NCBI GenBank assembly: GCA_035315065.1
Contig: DATFYM010000002.1
Coordinates: forward strand, 5,949 to 69,948
DNA: 64,000 nt
Source: Terriglobia bacterium
Lineage (GTDB): Bacteria; Acidobacteriota; Terriglobia; UBA7540
Direction of reading: 5' to 3'
The notes below the pieces were generated by a model. That model was not told the DNA's origin. It worked only from the letters and a program-made list of their open reading frames with translations, and did no database searches. The position numbers and the translations under genes were made by a program. The first letter of the stretch is position 1; every line of letters starts with the position of its first letter. Below are positions 46,355 to 55,081 of the stretch, piece after piece.

Positions 46355-49300
46355 ATGGACATGGCTAGGACTAAAGTGACGATCGATGGAAACGAGGCGG
46401 CGGCCTCGGTAGCATACAAAATCAATGAAGTGATCGCGATTTACCCGATCACGCCCTCGTCGCCAATGGGCGAGTGGGCGGACCAGTGGGCTTCGGAAGG
46501 CAAGCCGAACCTCTGGGGCGCCGTCCCCAAGGTGGTGGAGATGCAGAGCGAAGGCGGAGCTGCCGGCGCGCTCCACGGGGCTTTGCAGACGGGATCGCTG
46601 GCCACCACGTTTACCTCCTCTCAAGGCCTGCTGCTGATGATTCCCAACATGTTCAAGATCGCCGGCGAGCTGACCGCGGCGGTGATCCACGTGGCGGCTC
46701 GGACGCTGGCCACCCACGCCCTCTCGATCTTTGGCGATCACAGCGATGTCATGGCCACCCGCGCTACCGGCTTCGCCCAAGTCGCCTCGAACTCGGTGCA
46801 GGAGGTGATCGACTTTGCGTTGATGGCGCAGGCGGCGTCGCTCGAGGCGCGCGTCCCCTTCCTCCATTTCTTCGATGGCTTTCGCACCTCGCACGAGGTG
46901 GCCAAGGTGGAGCAACTCGATCCCGAAGTGATTCGTGCCTTGATCGACGAGAACCTGGTCCGGGCCCATCGTGCCCGCGGCCTATCGCCGGACCACCCGG
47001 TGCTTCGCGGCACCGCCCAGAACCCCGACGTCTATTTCCAGGCGCGGGAGGCCGTAAACCCGTACTACCTGGCGTGCCCGACCATCGTCGAGAACGTGAT
47101 GGACAAATTCGCCGACCTCACGGGGCGCCGCTACCATCTCTTTAATTACGTCGGAGCGCCAGACGCCGAGCGTGTGGTGGTGCTGATGGGCTCGGGCGCG
47201 GAGGCGGCCCAGGAAACCGCCGAAGCACTGGTGGCGCGCGAACAGCGGGTGGGCGTGCTGAAGGTCCACCTTTATCGCCCCTTCTCCGTGGAGCACTTCA
47301 TTCGGGCCCTGCCGCAGACCGTGAAGACCATCGCCGTCCTCGACCGCACCAAGGAACCGGGCGCCGTTGGCGAGCCGCTCTACGTCGATGTAATCGCGGC
47401 ACTTACCGAGGCAATGGGAGCCGGCAAGGTTCCATTCCGCACCATGCCGCGCGTGATCGGAGGACGATACGGACTCTCCTCCAAGGAATTTACTCCGGCC
47501 ATGATCAAGGCGGTTTTCGACGAGATGCTGAAGCCAAACCCCAAGAACCATTTCACGGTCGGCATCCACGACGACGTCACCCACACCAGCCTCGATTACG
47601 ACGAGGGCTTCTCCACTGAGGACGCCCAAACGGTGCGCGCCATCTTCTACGGGCTGGGGGCCGACGGCACGGTGGGCGCCAACAAGAATTCGGTCAAGAT
47701 CATCGGTGAGGACACGGAAAACTACGCGCAGGGTTATTTTGTCTACGACTCGAAGAAGTCCGGAGCGGTCACCATCTCCCATTTGCGCTTCGGCCCACGG
47801 CCCATCCACTCGACCTACCTCATCAGCCGCGCCAGCTTTGTGGCCTGCCACCAGTTCAACTTCCTGGAGCGCTTCGACATGCTGAAGGCGGCGGAGCCGG
47901 GCGCCACCTTCCTGCTCAACAGCCCCTACGGGCCGGAAGAGGTGTGGGAACACCTGCCGCGCGCCATGCAGGACCACATCGTGCGCAAGAAGATCCGTTT
48001 CTTTGTCATCGACGCCGTCCAAGTAGCACGCGATGCAGCGATGGGCGGCCGTATCAACACCGTCATGCAGACCTGCTTCTTCGCCATCAGCGGCGTGCTG
48101 CCGCGCGACGAGGCCATCGCGGCCATCAAGCATTCCATCGAAAAAACGTACGGCAAGCGTGGCGAGGCCGTGGTCCAGAAGAACTTTGCGGCGGTCGATG
48201 CGGCGCTCGGCCACCTGCACGAGGTCAAGGTTCCGGCGCGGGCCACCAGCACGTTCGACATCGCCCCGCCGGTGTCGGCGGCGGCCCCCGCGTTCGTGCA
48301 GAGCGTCACGGCGCGGATCATCGCCGGCGAAGGCGACTCGCTGCCGGTCAGCGCCCTGCCCCCCGACGGCACCTTCCCCACCGCTACCGCGCAGTGGGAG
48401 AAGCGCAACATCGCACTGGAGATCCCAGTGTGGGACGAGGACTTGTGCATCCAGTGCGGCAAATGCGTGATGGTTTGTCCGCACTCGGTGATCCGCGCCA
48501 AAATCTACGAGTCGGCCGCGCTCGCCGGCGCCCCATCCACCTTCAAGTCCACCGCGGCGCGCTGGAAGGACTTCAAGGAGATGCGCTATACGCTCCAGGT
48601 GGCGCCCGAAGATTGCACGGGTTGCACCCTTTGCGTGGAAGTCTGCCCCGCCAAGAGCAAGAGCGAGGTGAAGCACAAGGCCATCAATATGGCGCCTCAG
48701 CCACCGCTGCGTCAGCCGGAGCGCGAGAACTGGGAGTTCTTCCTGCGCCTATCGGAACCGGACCGCGAGAAGCTGAGCCTTGGCTTGGTGAAGGATGCCC
48801 AGTTGCTTCAGCCGCTGTTCGAGTTCTCCGGCGCCTGCGCGGGTTGCGGCGAGACGCCCTACCTCTCGCTGCTGACACGGCTCTTTGGCGACCGCACCGT
48901 AATTGCCAACACGACGGGCTGTTCATCGATCTATGGCGGCAACCTGCCCACTACCCCTTACACCGTGGACCGCGACGGCCGCGGCCCGGCGTGGTCCAAT
49001 TCGCTGTTCGAAGATAACGCCGAGTTCGGCATGGGCATGCGTCTGGCGATCGACAAGCAGGCGGACTACGCGCGTCTGCTGCTGGTGCGGGTCTCGGCCT
49101 TGGTCGGGAGCGAACTGGTGGAAGCAATCCTCACGGCCGATCAGTCGTCGCCGGAGGGCATCGCGGCGCAGCGCGAGCGCGTACAGACGCTCAAGCAGAA
49201 GCTGAGCATCTTCGAGACGCTCGATGCGCGCGACCTGCTGGCCGTGGCGGACGCGCTGGTGAAGAAGAGCGTCTGGATTGTGGGCGGCGATGGCTGGGCT

Positions 49301-49936
49301 TACGACATCGGCTACGGCGGTCTCGACCACGTCCTCGCCTCCGGCGCCAACGTCAACATCCTGGTGCTCGATACGGAGGTCTATTCGAATACCGGCGGGC
49401 AGATGTCCAAGGCGACGCCGCTCGGCGCGGTGGCCAAGTTCGCCGCCGGGGGCAAGAGGCGGCCCAAGAAGGACCTCGGCATGATGGCCATGACCTACGG
49501 CAACGTCTACGTGGCGCAGGTGGCCATGGGCGGCAGTGATACCCAGACCCTCAAAGCTTTCTGGGAGGCCGAGTCGTATGACGGGACGTCGCTGATCATC
49601 GCTTACAGCCACTGCATCGCTCACGGTTACGATATGATGTACGGCATCGATCAGCAGAAGGCGGCGGTTTTGTCGGGCCACTGGCCCCTTTTCCGATTTC
49701 ACCCCGGACTCGCCAAGGAAGGGAAAAACCCGCTACAGCTCGATTCCCGGGCGCCGTCGATACCGCTGGAGAAGTACATCTACAACGAAACGCGCTACAC
49801 GATGCTGGCGCACAGCGATCCGCAAGAAGCAAAGGAACTACTGAAGGAAGCGCAGGAGAACGTCAACGAGCGCTGGCGGCTCTATGAGAACTGGGCGAAG
49901 ATGGGCGCGCCTGAACTGGTGAAAGGGACGAAGTGA
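46355..49936 (+). CDS. nifJ: Pyruvate:ferredoxin (flavodoxin) oxidoreductase, single-polypeptide type
   Basis: 1193 aa. CIQCGKCVMVCPH and CTGCTLCVEVCP ferredoxin motifs. TPP block GGDGWAYDIGYGGLDHV. Confidence 0.95.
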   Translation: MDMARTKVTIDGNEAAASVAYKINEVIAIYPITPSSPMGEWADQWASEGKPNLWGAVPKVVEMQSEGGAAGALHGALQTGSLATTFTSSQGLLLMIPNMFKIAGELTAAVIHVAARTLATHALSIFGDHSDVMATRATGFAQVASNSVQEVIDFALMAQAASLEARVPFLHFFDGFRTSHEVAKVEQLDPEVIRALIDENLVRAHRARGLSPDHPVLRGTAQNPDVYFQAREAVNPYYLACPTIVENVMDKFADLTGRRYHLFNYVGAPDAERVVVLMGSGAEAAQETAEALVAREQRVGVLKVHLYRPFSVEHFIRALPQTVKTIAVLDRTKEPGAVGEPLYVDVIAALTEAMGAGKVPFRTMPRVIGGRYGLSSKEFTPAMIKAVFDEMLKPNPKNHFTVGIHDDVTHTSLDYDEGFSTEDAQTVRAIFYGLGADGTVGANKNSVKIIGEDTENYAQGYFVYDSKKSGAVTISHLRFGPRPIHSTYLISRASFVACHQFNFLERFDMLKAAEPGATFLLNSPYGPEEVWEHLPRAMQDHIVRKKIRFFVIDAVQVARDAAMGGRINTVMQTCFFAISGVLPRDEAIAAIKHSIEKTYGKRGEAVVQKNFAAVDAALGHLHEVKVPARATSTFDIAPPVSAAAPAFVQSVTARIIAGEGDSLPVSALPPDGTFPTATAQWEKRNIALEIPVWDEDLCIQCGKCVMVCPHSVIRAKIYESAALAGAPSTFKSTAARWKDFKEMRYTLQVAPEDCTGCTLCVEVCPAKSKSEVKHKAINMAPQPPLRQPERENWEFFLRLSEPDREKLSLGLVKDAQLLQPLFEFSGACAGCGETPYLSLLTRLFGDRTVIANTTGCSSIYGGNLPTTPYTVDRDGRGPAWSNSLFEDNAEFGMGMRLAIDKQADYARLLLVRVSALVGSELVEAILTADQSSPEGIAAQRERVQTLKQKLSIFETLDARDLLAVADALVKKSVWIVGGDGWAYDIGYGGLDHVLASGANVNILVLDTEVYSNTGGQMSKATPLGAVAKFAAGGKRRPKKDLGMMAMTYGNVYVAQVAMGGSDTQTLKAFWEAESYDGTSLIIAYSHCIAHGYDMMYGIDQQKAAVLSGHWPLFRFHPGLAKEGKNPLQLDSRAPSIPLEKYIYNETRYTMLAHSDPQEAKELLKEAQENVNERWRLYENWAKMGAPELVKGTK

Positions 49937-49937
49937 A

Positions 49938-50025
49938 GGTCATTGAGTCATTGGGTGATCGGGTGACTGAGTGTTGCAAGAAGGGTTCTTGCGAGTTTCG
50001 AGTTTCGACTTTCGACTTTCGATGA
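49938..50025. repeat. Juxtaposed word arrays (CATTGAG class then TTTCGAC class) around a short hairpin
   Basis: GGTCATTGAGTCATTGGGTGATCGGGTGACTGAGTG, then TTGCAAGAAGGGTTCTTGCGA, then GTTTCGAGTTTCGACTTTCGACTTTCGATG. Confidence 0.8.
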
Positions 50026-50036
50026 GGAGTTGAGCC

Positions 50037-51050
50037 ATGATTGACCTGAAGACCACCTACCTCGGTCTGGACCTGAAAAACCCGCTGGTGGCGTCGCCCT
50101 CACCGCTGTGTGAGGAGATCAGCAACATCCGCCAAATGGAGGACGCGGGCGCGGCTGCCGTGGTGCTGCACTCGCTCTTTGAGGAGCAGATCACGCTCGA
50201 GAGTTCCCAGCTTGACGACAGCCTGGAGGCGGGCGCCGAGAGCTTTGCCGAGTCCCTGAGCTACTTCCCGGACATGACCAGCTACAACCTTGGTCCGGAG
50301 GGTTACCTCGAGCACGTCCGCAAGGCCAAAGCGGCGGTGGACATTCCCGTCATCGCTAGCCTCAACGGCGTTTCCACCGAAGGCTGGATCAAGTACGCCA
50401 AGAAGATCGAAGAGGCCGGGGCCGATGCACTAGAGCTCAACATCTATTATCTGCCTACCGACCCGGACATGACCGCGGCCGAAGTCGAGCAGGTCTATTA
50501 CGACTTGGTCGCCGAGGTCAAGACTCGGCTCCGAATTCCGCTGGCGGTCAAGATCGGCCCCTATTTCAGCTCCATGGGCAACGCCGCGCAGCGCCTGGAT
50601 GAATCGGGCGCCGACGCGCTGGTGCTCTTCAACCGTTTCTACCAGCCCGATTTCGATCTGGAGAACCTCGAAGTGGTGCCTAACCTCATTTTGAGCACTC
50701 CGCACGAACTGCTGTTGCGCCTTCACTGGGTGGCCATCATCTATGGGCATATTCGCGCCGATTTGGCGTTGACTGGCGGCGTCTATACCGCCGCAGACGT
50801 GCTGAAGTCCATGATGGCGGGGGCGCGTGTGGCCATGATGACCTCGGCCTTGTTGAGGTATGGCATCCCGCACCTGGAGATGGTGCGCCGTGACCTGGTG
50901 GAGTGGATGGAGAAGCACGAGTACGAGTCCATCCACCAGATGCAGGGCAGCATGGCGCACAAATCCGTCGCCGATCCTTCCGCGTTCGGCCGCGCCAACT
51001 ATATGAAGATGCTCAGTTCCTATACGCCGCGAGCCGTCAGCAAAAAGTAG
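50037..51050 (+). CDS. Dihydroorotate dehydrogenase-like TIM-barrel protein
   Basis: DHOD class 1-like pattern ([11 protein letters not shown].., ELNIY.., [11 protein letters not shown]). Directly downstream of PFOR. Confidence 0.7.
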   Translation: MIDLKTTYLGLDLKNPLVASPSPLCEEISNIRQMEDAGAAAVVLHSLFEEQITLESSQLDDSLEAGAESFAESLSYFPDMTSYNLGPEGYLEHVRKAKAAVDIPVIASLNGVSTEGWIKYAKKIEEAGADALELNIYYLPTDPDMTAAEVEQVYYDLVAEVKTRLRIPLAVKIGPYFSSMGNAAQRLDESGADALVLFNRFYQPDFDLENLEVVPNLILSTPHELLLRLHWVAIIYGHIRADLALTGGVYTAADVLKSMMAGARVAMMTSALLRYGIPHLEMVRRDLVEWMEKHEYESIHQMQGSMAHKSVADPSAFGRANYMKMLSSYTPRAVSKK

Positions 51051-51104
51051 GGAACAGGGAATAGGCAACCGCCGCGTCCTCTTGTCTCCTATTCCCTGTT
51101 CCCT
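51050..51104. terminator. Palindrome GGGAACAGGGAATAGG / CCTATTCCCTGTTCCC between convergent genes
   Basis: 16-nt perfect arms between the DHOD-like stop (51050) and the rapZ stop (51113). Confidence 0.6.
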
Positions 51105-51112
51105 TTTCCCTC

Positions 51113-51994
51113 TTACGACCGTCCGATGTCGCGGTGAATGAGCTTCGTCTTATAGCCCTCACTCGCTAGCGCTGCGCTCACCCGTTCTGCCAACCCCACG
51201 GATCGGTGGCGCCCACCTGTGCAACCAAACCCGATAGTGAGATAGCTCTTTCCCTCGCGGAGGTAATGCGGCAGGAGGAAAAGCAAAAGGCTCATGACCC
51301 GGCTCACAAATTCTTTGGTCTGAGGGTAGGAATCCATGAAGCGCCGGACTGCCTGGTCCCGCCCTGTCTTATCTTTGAGCCTCGGCGCGTAGTTGGGGTT
51401 GGGAAGAAAGCGCACGTCGAAAACAAGGTCCGCGTCCGAAGGTACGCCAAAACGAAACCCGAACGAGAGGACGCTGAGCAGCATGTTTCTGCGCTCCCTG
51501 GCGCCACCGAAGCGAAGCTGAATGGTGTCGCGCAACTCGTGAACGTTCATCCGCGTGGTTTCGATGACCACGTCCGCAAGCTGCCGCATGGGCCTTAACA
51601 GCTTGCGCTCCTGGCGCAGGACCTCCTGTACCGGGATGTCGCGCCCCAGCGGATGAGGGCGGCGAGTCTCATCGAAACGGCGGACCAGCGCTTTGTCGGA
51701 AGCCTCGAGATACACCAGCGAGAGGTTCCGACTACGCACGAGTTCGCGATACAAGGCAGGAAACTGGTTCAGCGCTTTTCCCTCGCGGACATCAACTACC
51801 ATCGCGGCGCGCTCGATCCGGCTACCCGCCTGGCTCGACAACTCCACAAACTTCGGGATGAGGTCCACCGGGAGATTGTCCACGCAGTAGAACCCCAGGT
51901 CCTCAAAGGCCTTCAGGACTGAGCCTTTACCCGACCCGCTCATCCCGGTGATGAGCACGAATTGCCGCAGGGACTTTTTGGGAGTCGGCGTCAT
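51113..51994 (-). CDS. rapZ: RNase adapter protein RapZ
   Basis: ITGMSGSGKGS P-loop and GCTGGRHRSV. Start trimmed to the ATG at 51994. Confidence 0.9.
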   Translation of the reverse strand: MTPTPKKSLRQFVLITGMSGSGKGSVLKAFEDLGFYCVDNLPVDLIPKFVELSSQAGSRIERAAMVVDVREGKALNQFPALYRELVRSRNLSLVYLEASDKALVRRFDETRRPHPLGRDIPVQEVLRQERKLLRPMRQLADVVIETTRMNVHELRDTIQLRFGGARERRNMLLSVLSFGFRFGVPSDADLVFDVRFLPNPNYAPRLKDKTGRDQAVRRFMDSYPQTKEFVSRVMSLLLFLLPHYLREGKSYLTIGFGCTGGRHRSVGLAERVSAALASEGYKTKLIHRDIGRS

Positions 51995-51996
51995 AA

Positions 51997-52058
51997 AAAG
52001 GGAACAGGGACGATGCTTTCTGTTCCCTGTTCCCTGTTCCCTATAACCTGTTCCCTTT
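51997..52058. repeat. Word-periodic palindrome, CAGGGAA class
   Basis: AAAGGGAACAGGGACG / CTGTTCCCTGTTCCCTGTTCCCTATAACCTGTTCCCTTT, between hpf and rapZ. Confidence 0.85.
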
Positions 52059-52084
52059 CCATTCGTCACTCGTTACCGGGCTTC

Positions 52085-52624
52085 TCACTTTTCACTGTCC
52101 GGTTCGATCAGGCCCAGATTCCCGTCGTGGCGGCGGTAGAGCACGTTCACGCGCTCGGTCTCGAAATTACGGAACACCACGACACCGTTGCGGATGCCAT
52201 CCAGGGCGTCGATGGCCTCCTCCACGGTGAGCGGTTTGATGGCGATGCGTTCCGTCTCGAGAACCCGGTGCTCCTCGTGATCCGTGCCGGTTCGCAACAC
52301 GTTAAGCAAGATGGCCGAAGTCGGGTCGGGTCGCCGCTTGCGCGTGCGCTTCCTCTCCATCAGGCGCACCGCTTGGCGCTCGATCTTGTCAATGGCCCCA
52401 TTGATGGCGCTGAGGGCTTCGTTGGTTTGCTCGACGGCCATCAGCGTGTGATCGCGAACTGTGACCCCAACCTCAGCGATCCGGCGGTGCTTTTCGGCCG
52501 TCAGAATCAGCTTGACGTCAAATTGGCCGCGCAGGACGCGCGTGAGCTTGCGCAGGCGGTCTTCAGTATACCGCCGCAGGTCCGCGGTGATCTCCGTTTG
52601 TCGACCCGTGAAATCGAGACGCAT
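52085..52624 (-). CDS. hpf: Ribosome hibernation promoting factor (long form)
   Basis: MRLDFTGRQTEIT start and C-terminal dimerisation-type domain. Located between rpoN and rapZ. Confidence 0.85.
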   Translation of the reverse strand: MRLDFTGRQTEITADLRRYTEDRLRKLTRVLRGQFDVKLILTAEKHRRIAEVGVTVRDHTLMAVEQTNEALSAINGAIDKIERQAVRLMERKRTRKRRPDPTSAILLNVLRTGTDHEEHRVLETERIAIKPLTVEEAIDALDGIRNGVVVFRNFETERVNVLYRRHDGNLGLIEPDSEK

Positions 52625-52676
52625 GGGTGACCTCCTCGAATTGTTGGTACACGGGAAATGTGAAGGAAGGTTTCTC

Positions 52677-54149
52677 TCAAGCCTTTACCCGGCGCTGGTG
52701 AGTACTGGGAATTCGCATGTCCTCGCGGTACTTGGCCACCGTTCGACGCGTGACAACGATCCCCTGTTCTCGCAGACGATCGGCAATATGTTCGTCGGTC
52801 AAGGGATTGCCGGGGTCCTCCTCCTCGATCATTTTCTTCACCAGGCGCTTCAAGTTGATCAGCGAAGTGGACCCGCCCGAGGGTCCCTGAACCGCCTCGG
52901 AGAAAAAGTAACGCAACTCGTAAACACCCTGGGGTGTGTAAGCGTACTTGTTGGCGACAGCGCGGCTCACCGTGGAAGGATGAACGCCGACCTCCTCCGC
53001 CACTTCCTTGATCATCATCGGCTTGAGATAATCGATGCCCCGGTCCAAAAAGTCCCGCTGCCGCCGCAGAATGACCTCGCAGACCCGGATGATGGTCTGC
53101 TTGCGTTGCTCGATGTTCTTGATGAGCTGGATGGCGGAAATGAAGCGCTCCTTCACATAGTTGCGAACTTCGCGGCTCTCAGAGGCGTTCTGTAACATGC
53201 GCCGGTAGCGGTGGCTCAGCCGCAACTGGGGAAGCCCGTCCTCGTTCATCCGTATCTTGTACTCGCTTCCGTCCTTTTCGAAGACCACGTCAGGCTCAAT
53301 CAGGCGCGCCTGGGTGTTGTTGTAGCGTTGCCCCGGCCGCGGATCCAGCTTCTTGATCAGCTCCACCGCCCGCTCTACCAGGGGCACCGGCCGGTCCAGC
53401 GCCCGCGCGATTTCCCGATACTGTTTGTTTTGGAGCTGCTTCAGGTGGTCGGTGACGATCTTGGATGCCAAGTGGTTTTCCGGCGCCAGGGTTTGAAGCT
53501 GAATCAGCAGGCATTCGCTGAGATCGCGGGCCGCTACGCCCACCGGGTCGAGGTGCTGGATCATCTTCAACGCTTCCTCAACATCCTCCAGCCGGTGCCC
53601 GCCGGTCTGGGAGATTTCCTCCAGGGTAGCGGTGAGATAACCGTCCTCATTGAGGTTGCCAATGATGGAAACGCCCGCCTCGTAGACTTCCCGCGAGGTA
53701 TTGGAAAGCCGGAGCTGCCATTCCAGGTGGTCTGCCAGCGAGGGACTCTCGCTGAGAAAATTCTCGAAGGAGGGCTTTTCGATCTGCTCCGCTTCCTCCG
53801 CGGCGGGTGACTTGAAGCCCGGGTCAAGGTAATCGTTGAAGAACGACCCGAAATCGACCTCGGCGAAAGCGTCCTGGCCGTTTCCCTCGTTGGCGGCCTG
53901 GATCTCCCGATCAGCCGGAGGTTCAGGCGTCTTTTCCACCTCCAGTTTCTGATCCTCCTGCTCGATGGTCGGGACTTCCTCCGACAACTCCTCGAGGACA
54001 GGGTTCTCTACCATCTCCTGATTGATCATCTCGCGCAACTCGAGCTTGTTGAGCACGAGGACACTGACCATTTGCACGAGACTCGGCGTCAGAATCTGCT
54101 TCTGCGCCACCTTGAGGCTCAAACCGAGTCTTGGTTGTGAATTTCCCAT
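52677..54149 (-). CDS. rpoN: RNA polymerase sigma-54 factor
   Basis: RpoN box TRRTVAKYRE. N-terminal LKVAQKQILTPSL. Start trimmed to the ATG at 54149. Confidence 0.95.
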   Translation of the reverse strand: MGNSQPRLGLSLKVAQKQILTPSLVQMVSVLVLNKLELREMINQEMVENPVLEELSEEVPTIEQEDQKLEVEKTPEPPADREIQAANEGNGQDAFAEVDFGSFFNDYLDPGFKSPAAEEAEQIEKPSFENFLSESPSLADHLEWQLRLSNTSREVYEAGVSIIGNLNEDGYLTATLEEISQTGGHRLEDVEEALKMIQHLDPVGVAARDLSECLLIQLQTLAPENHLASKIVTDHLKQLQNKQYREIARALDRPVPLVERAVELIKKLDPRPGQRYNNTQARLIEPDVVFEKDGSEYKIRMNEDGLPQLRLSHRYRRMLQNASESREVRNYVKERFISAIQLIKNIEQRKQTIIRVCEVILRRQRDFLDRGIDYLKPMMIKEVAEEVGVHPSTVSRAVANKYAYTPQGVYELRYFFSEAVQGPSGGSTSLINLKRLVKKMIEEEDPGNPLTDEHIADRLREQGIVVTRRTVAKYREDMRIPSTHQRRVKA

Positions 54150-54158
54150 AAGAACAGA

Positions 54159-54349
54159 GAAGAAAGGAGACAGGAGACAGAACACAGGAGTCAGAATGAA
54201 AAAGAGCGCCTACTCTTAACTTCCACTTCCTCGCCGTTCTGGCGCCCGACGCCACTTCTGAACCCGAATCCTGAATTCCTTCTTCCTCTTATTCTGACTC
54301 CTGACTTCTGGCTCCTGACTCCTCCTCTTGACTCCTGACTCCTTCTTCA
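54159..54349. repeat. Word-periodic palindrome, AGTCAGGAG class, between lptB and rpoN
   Basis: GAAGAAAGGAGACAGGAGACAGAACACAGGAGTCAGAATG ... CTTATTCTGACTCCTGACTTCTGGCTCCTGACTCCTCCTCTTGACTCCTGACTCCTTCTTC. Confidence 0.9.
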
Positions 54350-55075
54350 GATCATCAGCCGGAAATTATCGCCAAGGTAGATCTTCTTCACCTCCGCGTC
54401 GTTACCCAACTCCTCCGGCGTGCCGGCCCTGAAGATCCGCCCGTTGTTGATTATATAGGCCCTATCGGTCACCTGCAAAGTTTCTCGCACATTGTGGTCC
54501 GTCAGGAGGATGCCAATTCCCGAACCTTTAAGTTGGAGGATGATCTTCTGGATGTCGATCACGGTGAGCGGGTCAATTCCAGAAAACGGTTCATCGAGAA
54601 GAATAAACGATGGCGAAATCACCAGCGAACGAGCGATCTCAACCCGGCGCCGCTCCCCTCCCGAGAGAAGGTACCCGTAACTTCGGCGAACCTGCTGCAA
54701 GCCTAGGTCCTCAATCAGTTCCTCCAAGCGCTCGCGCCGTCGGTTGGCGGTGAAAGGCAGGGTTTCGAGCACCGCCAGGATGTTCTCTTCCACCGTCAGC
54801 TTGCGGAAAATGGAGGGCTCTTGCGGGAGGTAACTGATGCCGTTGCGCGCACGGAGATACATCGGGAAACTGGTGATGTCAACGCCGTCGAGAAGTACCC
54901 GCCCTGAATCCGGGTTGGTGAGTCCCACCACCATATAGAACGTGGTGGTCTTACCGGCGCCGTTCGGTCCCAGCAGTCCAACTACTTCACCCTGACCGAT
55001 CCTGAGGTTAATATCGTCGACTACTTTACGACCTTTGAAGGATTTGTTGAGGTCGACGGTGGAAAGAATCTGCAT
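54347..55075 (-). CDS. lptB: LPS export ABC transporter ATP-binding protein
   Basis: [16 protein letters not shown] and [15 protein letters not shown]. Immediately upstream of rpoN. Confidence 0.9.
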   Translation of the reverse strand: MQILSTVDLNKSFKGRKVVDDINLRIGQGEVVGLLGPNGAGKTTTFYMVVGLTNPDSGRVLLDGVDITSFPMYLRARNGISYLPQEPSIFRKLTVEENILAVLETLPFTANRRRERLEELIEDLGLQQVRRSYGYLLSGGERRRVEIARSLVISPSFILLDEPFSGIDPLTVIDIQKIILQLKGSGIGILLTDHNVRETLQVTDRAYIINNGRIFRAGTPEELGNDAEVKKIYLGDNFRLMI

Positions 55076-55081
55076 GGCCGT

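Noticed and set aside
51995-52069. N-terminal extensions of tracked ORFs (rapZ here; also 26328-26381, 28410-28562, 29342-29401, 54150-54185, 44474-44731, 23870-23899)
   Set aside because: The extra codons are translations of palindrome arms (for example GTGYREQGTGNRK and KSKVESRKSKV). Conserved family N-termini begin at the internal ATG, so the starts were trimmed.
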